Assembly: GCA_964057225.1 (NCBI GenBank)
Contig: OZ059894.1
Coordinates: 8,184,001-8,248,000 of the forward strand
Length of the DNA: 64,000 nucleotides
Source of the DNA: Auanema rhodensis
Lineage: Eukaryota > Animalia > Nematoda
Reading direction: 5' to 3'
The notes under the pieces: model-generated
Told to the model about the DNA's origin: nothing
Seen by the model: only the letters and a program-made list of their open reading frames with translations
The model's database searches: none
Shown here: piece by piece, positions 11,401 through 21,123 of the stretch
How positions within the stretch are numbered: the first letter of the stretch is position 1
Layout of the letters: every line of letters starts with the position of its first letter
Translations under genes and position numbers: made by a program

Positions 11401-14400
11401 TGTCTTCATTATTCAAATCTGCTTTATCCAGATTAAGGTCATTCATAAAATTTCTTGGAAAGTGGGGTAATTTATTCTCCCAATCTGCTTCTGGTGGAAT
11501 ATATGGTTGCATAGGGTCTTCTTGTATTGTTTGCCAACTTGGTACTTCTCCTATTGTTGCCTGCCCTATGACTGAATTAGCTTCCATAGCTAATGTTTTG
11601 TCCGTATTGTTACGGAAAACTACATATACTCCACTTGTCTCACGGAAAGCTGTTGGATAACTTGAAGCTAATGCATTTCCGTTGTCTCCTAAGATTACCA
11701 CTTCGTTTGATTTAAGTGGTCTATCAGCTTTGATTGGAATAGTGGACTCTTCGTCGGGTTGTATGATTCTTTTCTTCAAATTGATGATATTTACTGTTAT
11801 TGACGTTTGTTTAATGGCGTCCTGTTCAATTAAAGGGAGTGCGTAATTTCCGATCTCTAGCATCTTTTTCGATGGTTTTAAACTGACATCAATGTTTTCA
11901 CTGTCGAGCGTGCTCATAAAGTCCATCCCAATAAGAGCAGGGGCTGGGCAATCACAGTCATTTGAGACCAAAAAGGTATGTTCTATCTCATAGCCAGCAA
12001 TTTCGATGTTTAAATTTATTTTTCCGTATAATGTAAACGTTGTTTTGTTTGCTGCCATTGCCACTAATCGTCGCTTTTTGACGTGTTGAGCCATGTTCAG
12101 GTATTTTAATGTCGATAACCTGACATATGAGACTGACGAGCCTGAATCCCATAAAGCTAATATCAGCTTATCTTCTACTGATATATAGATAAGTGGTAGC
12201 TTTGTTTCTTTTGATTTAATGGAAGCAATAAATGGTATTGCTAGTGGAATGAATGTTACGAGCGCCGGGTAATACTGCTTCATTATATTTTCTGGCATTG
12301 GTTGGTCTGGGCGGCTAACGAGTTCTAATGTTTCCTCGTAGCCTGGGGGCTCGTTGTCTGCTCTTTGAATATGCATGACTGGTAGTGGCATTGCTTTGAA
12401 AAAGTAAAATTTTCCGGCAAAGATGGTAATTATGATTGCTGCAATGATTAGAACAGTAGATCCTATTAATATTAAGGTTCTTTCAATTGTCCCCATTAAG
12501 AATTGTTTTATGCTATTCCAGGCTGTAGTTGTGAACTCAGTTGCTTTCGAAATATAATCGCTGCCCTTTTTCAAAAGAATAAAGGCTGACGTTATCTTTG
12601 GGTCGCTGTGAATCGTATTTAGTACGTGATTTTGTCGTATTGAAGCTAAACTAGCTCCATACGCTATTGCGGTAGTCATTGAATAGACTCTTGATGAAAG
12701 ATTAGTATAAAGATGAGCACCTGTAAATTTTAAAGGCGTAACTTTATGTTGGTGAGCTCCATCAAAAAGTGTGATGGGATTGACTTCCGCAGACCCATTA
12801 ATGTTCATCCATTCCCCGTTTTTCTCATAAATATCAGTTGGTACGTGTTCGCAGTCGATTTCTTTCCCGTACGAGAGTAAATCTCTTGATCCCGGTGCTG
12901 CGAAATATAATTTGTTGTCTTCGGTTGTTACTGGTGTCTCTAAGTAACATGTTTCATTGATTTTATGAGAGTGGTGAACGGTTTTAGGCTCTATTGGTAG
13001 GCATATATGAACATGAACTATTTCGCTGCCCACGAAACGCGCTGCTATGTCTTCTCTGCCAAGGATTGTTCTCATTGCTATGGTTGGCTCTATTTGGAGA
13101 ATTGAACGCCACAATTCGAGATATCTATTTTGTATCTCGCATATGGATTCGTAAGATTCCATAAAATGCTTTTGCAATTCTTCCTGTATAAGAGTGGTTG
13201 CATATTGTAGATGATCTTGCGCTATTCTCTGAGATATATTCTGTTTATATTGTATCTCGTTGTTTACTTTGGAGCCTATATAATGTGCTTGCGCTTGTAC
13301 TGCTTTCGTTTCAATCTCCAAAGGTGGTGATGACGTTCTCTGCTTTCTTTGCGATCTTAAAGACATATCTGTGACCGTTGCAAACGTAGTAATAGGCTGT
13401 TCTTTGTGAACACCATATATTAATGTAACCGTTGTTGGCGCGCGCGTGGATGTTATGGTTTGAGTTGTATCGATCTCTGGCGTTGTTTGAGGGTCCTGGA
13501 TTAGCTTTGTTACTTCCGTTGTTGTCGTTATATATTCAGTTTTGTCCGTCAGGCGTCTGGTTGAGTAGGGAGGTGTTCTTTTATCCTCTAGTAGCGGTAG
13601 AAAGGTTTGAATGAGAAGATTTCGTGTATATTTGTTAGGACTTTTTGTTTGTTGATGGGGCCCAACAGGTATACCAAAATTGTTCTTCATATCTCGATAT
13701 AATTTCTCTATATCTGGCAGGATAATAGTTGGTACAGGCAGATGTCGAAATCTTTCATCGTCTGCTCTGGCCGCTGTTCGATTGGGTTTTATTGTACGTA
13801 GTTTGAGGACTTGGTGATATAGGTCAATTGTTTCTTTAATAATCAGTTGTTCCTTTTCGTTATTAGTTGATAATACGGGCCTGATTGGCGGCATGTTTAC
13901 AAATGCTTTCAAAACTTCTTGTTTTGATGGCACCGACATGTTATTTTGAGCGAAAATGGTCGGTGTAAATGCCAACTCGAGCGCTATACTTTCGGTTCGC
14001 TCTCGATAACTTCCTTCTTTTGTGAGTATTTTTTCGTCAAATTCTTCTGCTGTTAATCTGTCGCCTATCTGCTCTAAAAGTTGCAGGGAGGTGAGGTATT
14101 TAACGGCTCCTCTTGTGGTAGCTGCCAGTTCTTTTTGGGCGAAGAATTGAAGCATTGCTTCTTCCGGGTCGTAGAATTCATATATTTTTAAGAATCTTTC
14201 TATTGATCTATCCGAAGTAGTGCTTCGTAGGAAGAATTTGAACTGCTCGGGATGTGCTGAGATCCACTTAACGATAGAATATGTTGGATCTATTGTCCGT
14301 CTGGCTCGAATTATAGGAATTATTTGTGATATCCCAGGGTTACTCATTACTGGACGTAAAAATGGGTATGGGCATATGTTCAATGTTAAAGTTTCGTAGT

Positions 14401-17400
14401 CTTCTTGTTCTTTTATCCAGCTTTCGTCCAATTGCAGTGCGCATTGCGCTATAGCCCTTTTTTGACGCTTAGCTGGCAACTTTTTATATTCTCTTTCAAT
14501 TAAGTTGTGTATATTACTGTCATTTGGATATTTGGGAAAGAGTATATAATTGCCCGTGGTTGATTGAAATATAGGTTGCGAAAAACATGATGTAATCTGT
14601 TTTGGAATTTGTTTATTGTCGATAACAAGGGCTGACTGCGTATTGGGAATCAGTATTATGCTGTCTCCAATGATGGCATCATATTCGCTCATATCTATAT
14701 AGTTGCATCTCTGTTCGTATGATTGGATTTCCCAGATGATCATTGAAGTATTGGATGCGCATTGGCCATGATGTGCAAGACAGCCTTCCGTATTGAGTAA
14801 TAGATTTGTCAATATGGTGTCGTCTGGCATCCTGGTCATAACGCCTCTTTCCAAAACCAGTCGTTCTTTTTCTTCGCATTGTTCGTAATTGAATGAGCGC
14901 GCTGGAGAGAATGTAGGTTCGGTTGTCGCGTATGTCAAGCTATCCAATTTAATCAGGTCTTCTGATTTCCATTTACGGTCGCGGACAGCCAGTCTACATT
15001 CGTTTTCTGTTGTTGTCTCAATTCGAACAATGGAGGAGTTATGATCTCTTAAAAATAGCAAATCCCTGATGCATATTTTATGTATTTCTTTTGAACATCG
15101 CCATGAATCCCATTCGTGAGCCGTCTGGTTTCTTGTATACAGATGTATGTTTGTGCGGAGGACATGTTTGGTAGGTGGTATTGTGCATTTCCTCAGGGGT
15201 GGGGGTATAAGGAGGGCTCCACCTGTAGCTTTAGTGCACATCTGATAAGCATCAGTTATAGTGATTAGTGATAAGATCACTGATAAAGCTACTGCTAGTG
15301 TTAAGGGGGATATCAAGGTCAAATTATTGACTCTTGAGCCTCTTCCTCTACCTCTATTATTGTTGTTTCCCCTGAAGGGATTATTACCGCGTTGACGGTT
15401 ATCACTCTCCTGATTACGTGATAAGTTGTTATTTCTTTGATACCAATTTGGATTTGAGAAATTTCTACCGCGATTACCAAGATTGCGGTTTCTTGCGAAA
15501 GAATTTTGCAGATTTTGTGGTTTCTGATTATTTGATGAATTTTGATAACTTTGATAATTTTGATAATTTTGGTAGTTTCTATTGTTAAATGATTGATAGC
15601 CTCTGCCGATTCCTCGCCTTCCGGTGTCGCGCCTGGGAGGGAATGTTCTATCGATTGCGTTAACCAGTAGCGCCTGAGGGTCGGCTACTTGGTTAGCAAT
15701 TGATTCCTCCCATCTGGCATTATCAATTGCCTCGGCAAACGTTTTTGGTTTAGCTCTGATTACCCCCGGGCGTATTGTGTTTTTGAGACCGCGTAGAAAG
15801 GTAGATCTAAGGATATGGTCCTTGTGTGGGTCTGTATGGGAGAAAGCGTTTAAGCTTAGGCTTCGTAAAGTTTGTGCGAATCCATCCACTGATAGCTCGC
15901 CTTGGGTGGAATTCTGTAGCGTTATCAGCGCCGGATCTTGATTATACTCTGGGCATAGCCTAGAGGTAAGTTCTTCGATGAGAGTATTCCACGAGCCAGA
16001 TGTCTTGATAGTATCGCTAAGCTGTGTATAAGCTTCTTCAGCTCGTTCGTTTTTGAGAAGTAATGGTAAGATTGTTAATCTTTCGGGCATAACTAAGCCT
16101 AAGGCGTTTGCAAAGGTGTTAAACTTGGCCACGAAGTCTCTAAAGTTGCGACTTCCGTCGTATATAGGGCAATATGGGGAGCTTAATGCCTGAGCAATGG
16201 TAGATTTACCCGCTCCTGGAAGCCGTGATGTTTCGGTCATTTCGGGTGAGATGCCCTCAGGGTATGTGATAGGTGATATTATCACTTCGCTCCTTGTTGG
16301 ATCTTGGTGAGTGTGTTCTATTGCCTTAGGGTTTCTGCTAGAGGAGCCTATTATAGGTGTAGTTGTTGCGAAACGGGCTCTTGGAACCTGGATGACTTTA
16401 CCAGATGCCTGAGGCGATGTTCTATCAGTTGATCGTGAGCTAGGGATCGCACTATCTGATCTGTTAAGATTAGGATTATGTGAAGAAAACCGGGGTTTTG
16501 CTGTTCCGCCGGGTGTTGTTTTATCGCCTGGGGATAAGTTTAAAATCTTTATCAGTCGATTTGTTAAAGATCTTTTGTTTTTAAACTTATCAGTTGTTAA
16601 TGATAAGGGTGAAGCTTCTTGTATGCCTTCGAGGCTGGCTTCTACTGACAAAGTTTCTATTGCGCGCTTACTGGGTGTTTTTGTCTTCCGCTTATTAGGG
16701 ATATTCTTTTTGATCTTATCAGTGATTTTTGATAAGGTTGAAGGGTTGTCACTAAGTTGGGTGGGTTCTAAAGTTAGCGAATGTGGTTGATTAATAGGCG
16801 TGGAAGACGCTTGCGGGCTTTGTGTTAACCCGAGGGATGGGGAAGGTGCGTTATCAGTGATAACTGATAAGTTCGACGCGTTTGGGTCTGGGGTTACCGG
16901 TGAGGCAGATGCGGTTGTCGGCTTTTTCTTTTGAATTTTTCGCAAATTTTTATTAGTATCAACTGAGCGTACCTTGGGATTTGTAGTTGGAGTTTGAGTG
17001 CTGTCGTCGGCTATGATGAAGTCCGGGTCTTCGTCGGTGTCGTCAGAAGGTGAATATGTACCTTCTCGGGGAGTATAGAACTTGTCGACTTGCGGCTTCG
17101 GCTTCTCGTCTGGTTGGTGCGGTTCTTCTATTTGAACACTGAGAAGTCGGGTGCGGCTTCGGGTACGACTTGCGACAGTAGCGTCACTGTTGATATCGGA
17201 CGGGTAAAGGGCTGGGAAAGCCGATGAGAATCTTTTGGCCACCTTTGTAGGACTTTTGGTTTGGAAAAACCGAGAATGGTGAGCTACGTGTGGGATGTTG
17301 ATGTAAGGTGCGTAAGATTCTTTTAGATGTGTGTTGGGAGAGAGAGAGATTCGGGAGCAATAGGATAGTCGTGCTTCGCTGGGCGATGCGGAGGGTAAAT

Positions 17401-17431
17401 GAGAGGGAGTTTTCCAAATCGTGGCCACCAA
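8498..17431 (-). CDS. Single-ORF Gag-Env-Pol polyprotein (2977 codons; annotated start is TTG, first ATG at 16240)
   Basis: Capsid-like region (PIYDGSRNFRDF...FLRGLK), RG/N-rich basic segment, hydrophobic signal-like segment (about 15248-15322), Cys-rich ectodomain, TM helix (about 12415-12476), protease DSG (about 12140), RT YLDD (about 10820), RNase H, integrase HHCC/DDE/GPY. Confidence 0.93.
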   Translation of the reverse strand: MVATIWKTPSHLPSASPSEARLSYCSRISLSPNTHLKESYAPYINIPHVAHHSRFFQTKSPTKVAKRFSSAFPALYPSDINSDATVASRTRSRTRLLSVQIEEPHQPDEKPKPQVDKFYTPREGTYSPSDDTDEDPDFIIADDSTQTPTTNPKVRSVDTNKNLRKIQKKKPTTASASPVTPDPNASNLSVITDNAPSPSLGLTQSPQASSTPINQPHSLTLEPTQLSDNPSTLSKITDKIKKNIPNKRKTKTPSKRAIETLSVEASLEGIQEASPLSLTTDKFKNKRSLTNRLIKILNLSPGDKTTPGGTAKPRFSSHNPNLNRSDSAIPSSRSTDRTSPQASGKVIQVPRARFATTTPIIGSSSRNPKAIEHTHQDPTRSEVIISPITYPEGISPEMTETSRLPGAGKSTIAQALSSPYCPIYDGSRNFRDFVAKFNTFANALGLVMPERLTILPLLLKNERAEEAYTQLSDTIKTSGSWNTLIEELTSRLCPEYNQDPALITLQNSTQGELSVDGFAQTLRSLSLNAFSHTDPHKDHILRSTFLRGLKNTIRPGVIRAKPKTFAEAIDNARWEESIANQVADPQALLVNAIDRTFPPRRDTGRRGIGRGYQSFNNRNYQNYQNYQSYQNSSNNQKPQNLQNSFARNRNLGNRGRNFSNPNWYQRNNNLSRNQESDNRQRGNNPFRGNNNNRGRGRGSRVNNLTLISPLTLAVALSVILSLITITDAYQMCTKATGGALLIPPPLRKCTIPPTKHVLRTNIHLYTRNQTAHEWDSWRCSKEIHKICIRDLLFLRDHNSSIVRIETTTENECRLAVRDRKWKSEDLIKLDSLTYATTEPTFSPARSFNYEQCEEKERLVLERGVMTRMPDDTILTNLLLNTEGCLAHHGQCASNTSMIIWEIQSYEQRCNYIDMSEYDAIIGDSIILIPNTQSALVIDNKQIPKQITSCFSQPIFQSTTGNYILFPKYPNDSNIHNLIEREYKKLPAKRQKRAIAQCALQLDESWIKEQEDYETLTLNICPYPFLRPVMSNPGISQIIPIIRARRTIDPTYSIVKWISAHPEQFKFFLRSTTSDRSIERFLKIYEFYDPEEAMLQFFAQKELAATTRGAVKYLTSLQLLEQIGDRLTAEEFDEKILTKEGSYRERTESIALELAFTPTIFAQNNMSVPSKQEVLKAFVNMPPIRPVLSTNNEKEQLIIKETIDLYHQVLKLRTIKPNRTAARADDERFRHLPVPTIILPDIEKLYRDMKNNFGIPVGPHQQTKSPNKYTRNLLIQTFLPLLEDKRTPPYSTRRLTDKTEYITTTTEVTKLIQDPQTTPEIDTTQTITSTRAPTTVTLIYGVHKEQPITTFATVTDMSLRSQRKQRTSSPPLEIETKAVQAQAHYIGSKVNNEIQYKQNISQRIAQDHLQYATTLIQEELQKHFMESYESICEIQNRYLELWRSILQIEPTIAMRTILGREDIAARFVGSEIVHVHICLPIEPKTVHHSHKINETCYLETPVTTEDNKLYFAAPGSRDLLSYGKEIDCEHVPTDIYEKNGEWMNINGSAEVNPITLFDGAHQHKVTPLKFTGAHLYTNLSSRVYSMTTAIAYGASLASIRQNHVLNTIHSDPKITSAFILLKKGSDYISKATEFTTTAWNSIKQFLMGTIERTLILIGSTVLIIAAIIITIFAGKFYFFKAMPLPVMHIQRADNEPPGYEETLELVSRPDQPMPENIMKQYYPALVTFIPLAIPFIASIKSKETKLPLIYISVEDKLILALWDSGSSVSYVRLSTLKYLNMAQHVKKRRLVAMAANKTTFTLYGKINLNIEIAGYEIEHTFLVSNDCDCPAPALIGMDFMSTLDSENIDVSLKPSKKMLEIGNYALPLIEQDAIKQTSITVNIINLKKRIIQPDEESTIPIKADRPLKSNEVVILGDNGNALASSYPTAFRETSGVYVVFRNNTDKTLAMEANSVIGQATIGEVPSWQTIQEDPMQPYIPPEADWENKLPHFPRNFMNDLNLDKADLNNEDKHELTNIVKNHREAFLNEDRKIGLFKGPIEHTIPLRSDMDMPRSRITRIPLGKQEEVEKQVKEMLEQGIIEPSTSLFNSPAVLVKKKDETYRFVTDFRALNSVTRKQTYVIPSISDIVDMAAGAQFFSNFDLVSGFFQISLRKSDRPLTAFTTTSGTYQYKRMPMGLCGAPHTFQTAVRYLQSKCSCKLFVYLDDLLIISDTRKQHLEDIDELLHAVESLGMKIKLKKCAFAQPEVKFLGLIIGREGIKPDPQKVAAIQEYPAPKNATGVRAFLGMVGFFRKFIKDFASIASPLYDLTKTDTEFAWEKQHQEAVDRLKRSLTQAPVLSPPKSDRLFIIESDGSNIAVGAVLLQPEDPTQPLKHLHPIAFASRKLVKAERNYAPIEIEALGLVYALNQFRTYILGTHTICITDHRPLTSLLTRRDLFGRLAKFQLVIQEYDIEIRYREGQLNKVCDALSRYIGDEANDAKPEKKKKKNAESIRINTIDTPAIKEIQQNTLWIKKTIADIEYRTQKKMVSNDRYCVINGLLYTKPTDKKPHPAIVVPQDHPIKDEIIELFHEDPTIAAHQGINKTKEAILRRFYWTNMQNDIMIYIKNCIKCAQRKKDPHSMTVQPIGQFEIPTKPFERVHMDVMGPFPPSKRNCTYVITIQDAFTKWSTTIAVPQITTEITIDRFLRNFVYIYGPPHRLITDRGSNFVSQKFEEMCTKLGIQHEPTLPHQKNSNGQVERLHRTLEEGLTHYLKEDLSDWDGVLPKITFAINNIQHATTGIAPYVALFGKECRMKIDAELPGTITKIKEISEELLTRRPQMMKIDQIIRERIAQNQENARKKKDRTQRTHERNIQPGDMVMTTIKSHKIGQKLRKSYDGPYEVINVQGSKVQIRNSSGKIQDIHKDNLKLFSNATQNITHNTRSNTSNNYEEEEEDSDIEILRVIKRSEQDNTDSEPESENEDGDELWLPRMKNQKEKA
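12415..15322 (-). other. env: Envelope-like glycoprotein domain embedded between gag and protease
   Basis: Signal-like LTLAVALSVILSLITITDA/YQMC, many cysteines, basic furin-like sites KRQKR and RSQRKQR, Thr-rich stretch, C-terminal TM LILIGSTVLIIAAIIITIFAG; class III (gB-like) assignment is inference. Confidence 0.75.
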
Positions 17432-17657
17432 TCTGACTCCGCCTATCTACCGTAAGCTTATTATAGTTAATGATGTTTATCTCTTCTCAAAAACTATTTT
17501 TATCCGCTCTTGCACTTTCCTCTAATTTTGTTTTCTTACTGCTCTAGAATCTTCAAAAAAAACTTTATTCATGTCGTCCCCTTTGTACTTTTGCGGCCTT
17601 TGGACATTTATTTTAAGGTTAGAAACAAAAGAAAAGAAAAGAAAGAAAGAAAAAAAA

Positions 17658-18202
17658 ATGGATTTCCAACGTTATAATCCCACTGGCATGACTTATGTCC
17701 TGTGGAAATTATACGAATCCATCGTTGAATACGATGGAGAAGGAGTTTTGGCTTATAGGCCAAATCCTGATATAATTTTGATGGTTTGTGTATCTCCATT
17801 TTATGTTTGATTATTTGATTACTTTAGTTTATCGAAGATCTCCAAATGTATTATTTGGGGCAGGGCCATATAAACTTTGCCACCTTCGTAGATGTAGCTC
17901 CCGAAGTGGAGCTTGTTGGTCGAAGGTGCTTAGTTGATCTATGCGCTCATGTATATAATGGTAGGGCCGGTTTATTAACCGCACGTCCTTGGGCCTGGTA
18001 CCAGGAAAAGAGTCATTTTTATTATTATTTATTATATAGATTATTGTTTAAAATCTATATTGTTTATGATGACTCATTATTTGGTTTGGAACTTAGGGTT
18101 TCGCGAGGTTTAGAATATAGTGAAGATTTAATTGCGAGCGAAACTCCTATATTTCTTGCCTCTGAGTTTCGAACTCGGTTGCAAATCAAATATGGGTATT
18201 GA
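17658..18202 (+). CDS. Antisense two-exon accessory gene of family A (exons 17658-17783 and 17828-18202; 166 aa; unknown function)
   Basis: 44-nt phase-0 GT...TTTAG intron joins two ORF-track fragments in frame; AATAAA just after the stop; same intron position in the diverged A2 copy. Confidence 0.82.
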
Positions 18203-19174
18203 CTGAATAAAGTTTGTACTCTATGTTTTTATTTTTGTGCACTTGGCTCTGTTTTCGTCAAGAAAATGGACTCATGTTTTCAATCTTTTCCTCATTCCTT
18301 TTCCCTTAAATAGCATGTTTTGCTCAAAATGTTTTCGACATTGTGCATGCTAATGAGGTTTGAGGAGAGTTATTGAAAAGGCTGTCCTTTTTCTTGATCA
18401 AAATAAGCAAAAGTGCGTTTTCCTAAGCGAATTTCTTTTTAAAAATGAGAAAATTACGTCTATTTTTAAACATTTCCAATTTACTTAGGATTACTGTAGG
18501 AAATAAGGGGTATCTTATGAGTTGAAACAACGAAATGATTTGAGGAAGGTGACATAATCTACGGGGATAAAATCCGTAGCAGTTATGCTTCCGCCAACTT
18601 GACCTGACTGTCAAATAAGAGCTGAGAAGTCTTATTGCAGATTTACCAGGCTTTTTCGGACTAGTGTGGTCTCTTTTTATATTCAATTTATGTAACCGTT
18701 TTTGGTTTCCCGCAAAATAATATGTAAAATGATCTTTTACGTCTGAATATAATAATTTTTCAAAATACTAGTCCTGACCACAAAATATACAAACTATAAT
18801 CAATTGCGCGCGTCTTATAAATTTTTGTTCCAGTAATCAAACTTCTCTATGCCCAAAAAAAATGTGAACAATTATAATTTCTCGTTTGGCGAAAGTGTCC
18901 TCTATTTCAATCCAAACGTCCTCAAAATGGCATGAGAAGCGGTACAAGATACGATATAGAAAAGGGTGGACATTCAGACGGTTTTAAATTGAGGACGGCG
19001 GGCAAAAATTTTATGGGTCCTATCTCGCATTTAAGCGAGATCCCTTGTATCTGTACCTTAAAACAAATTGGCGCCTTCATTTTGTTGTTTCAAGTGGAGG
19101 AATTTATAATTTAGAATGCAAAAATGGACTTTTACAATAAAAAAAAATTTTTTTTTTTCAAAAGATGAGTTCGA

Positions 19175-19187
19175 GGTGGAACCTCCA
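19175..19187 (-). promoter_or_regulatory. Primer-binding site complementary to the 3' end of tRNA-Gln
   Basis: TGGAGGTTCCACC directly after the 5' LTR; complement of GGTGGAACCT-CCA, the 3' end typical of metazoan tRNA-Gln (from recall). Confidence 0.8.
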
Positions 19188-19532
19188 CGTTCCGTTATGC
19201 TCCTGCGTCGATAATATAAACCATTGTAGTTTATACTATGACGCGCATAGTATTCCTTGGTGTAGCGGTAAGGAATAAAGAGCATAAGGTCAATCATAAG
19301 ATAAAAGAGAGAAAGATTTATTGGCATGAAACTACAACAATAATATACAAAGATAAAGATACAATACAATAAGATAAATATAAGTATAAAGACTAAACTA
19401 CAAGCCGTCCATGAGCTTGCTAAGAGGCGAACTCCCGACCAAGGGAACGAGGGAAGGCGGAGCCATTCCTCGGTCCTCTGGTCGTCTGGCTCTAACCCTT
19501 CAGCTACATATATGGGGAGTCCGAATGGAACG
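19188..19532 (-). repeat. Family A 5' LTR of A1
   Basis: 345-bp repeat flanked by the PBS and TSD CTGT. Confidence 0.95.
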
Positions 19533-19780
19533 CTGTTAACCGAAAGGTTGGTGGTTCGAGCCCACCCGGGAGCGAAATATTTTTGGTTTCCACAGTTCCA
19601 ATAAAGCAAAATTAAAATTTTAATTCCTCTACTCACGATCTCATTCATAAATTTTCTAGAAGGATTGGATAAGATAGACCAGAACATCAGAAAATATGGA
19701 TCATTGACTGATCTAAAACAGAAGTAGAAACTTCACAAGTCTAGATTGTTGAGTATATGTGCTTCCGTGGCGCAATAGGC

Positions 19781-19816
<36 letters not shown>

Positions 19817-20039
19817 GAGCCCACCCGGGAGCGAAACATTTTTGATTTCCACAGTTCAAATTAAGCAAAATTAAAATTTTAATTCATCTACTTACGATCT
19901 CATTCATAAATTTTCTAGAAGGATTGGATAAGATAGACCAGAACATCAGAAAATATGGATCATTGACTGATCTAAAACAGAAGTAGAAACTTCACAAGTC
20001 TAGATTGTTGAGTATATGTGCTTCCGTGGCGCAATAGGC

Positions 20040-20075
<36 letters not shown>

Positions 20076-20298
20076 GAGCCCACCCGGGAGCGAAATATTT
20101 TTGGTTTCCACAGTTCCAATTAAGCAAAATTAAAATTTTAATTCATCTACTTATCATCTCATTCATAAATTTTCTAGAAGGATTGGATAAGATAGACCAG
20201 AACATCAGAAAATATGGATCATTGACTGATCTAAAACAGAAGTAGAAACTTCACAAGTCTAGATTGTTGAGTATATGTGCTTCCGTGGCGCAATAGGC

Positions 20299-20334
<36 letters not shown>

Positions 20335-20557
20335 GAGCCCACCCGGGAGCGAAATATTTTTGGTTTCCACAGTTCCAATTAAGCAAAATTAAAACTTTAA
20401 TTCATCTACTTACGATCTCATTCATAAATTTTCTAGAAGGATTGGATAAGATAGACCAGAACATCAGAAAATATGGATCATTGACTGATCTAAAACAGAA
20501 GTAGAAACTTCACAAGTCTAGATTGTTGAGTATATGTGCTTCCGTGGCGCAATAGGC

Positions 20558-20593
<36 letters not shown>

Positions 20594-20828
20594 GAGCCCA
20601 CCCGGGAGCGAAACATTTTTGATTTCCACAGTTCAAATTAAGCTTCAAATTGAGCAAAATTAAAATTTTAATTCCTCTACTTCCGATCTCATTCATAAAT
20701 TTTCTAGAAGGATTGGATAAGATAGACCAGAACATCAGAAAATATGGATCATTGACTGATCTAAAACAGAAGTAGAAACTTCACAAGTCTAGATTGTTGA
20801 GTATATGTGCTTCCGTGGCGCAATAGGC

Positions 20829-20864
<36 letters not shown>

Positions 20865-21087
20865 GAGCCCACCCGGGAGCGAAATATTTTTGGTTTCCAC
20901 AGTTCCAATTAAGCAAAATTAAAATTTTAATTCATCTACTTACGATCTCATTCATAAATTTTCTAGAAGGATTGGATAAGATAGACCAGAACATCAGAAA
21001 ATATGGATCATTGACTGATCTAAAACAGAAGTAGAAACTTCACAAGTCTAGATTGTTGAGTATATGTGCTTCCGTGGCGCAATAGGC

Positions 21088-21123
<36 letters not shown>

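Larger units (their letters stand above)
1320..19532 (-). mobile_element. Ty3/Gypsy-like LTR retrotransposon family A, copy A1 (three-LTR composite: partial copy plus full-length copy)
   Basis: LTRs at 1320-1664, 7456-7800 and 19188-19532; TSD CTGT at 1316-1319 and 19533-19536; PR-RT-RH-IN domain order; PBS and PPT present. Confidence 0.96.

Noticed and set aside
18423-19114. Leader ORFs of 60-118 aa (MNIKRD..., MRSGTR...)
   Set aside because: Start, length or frame differ among the three copies; they are probably non-coding leader.
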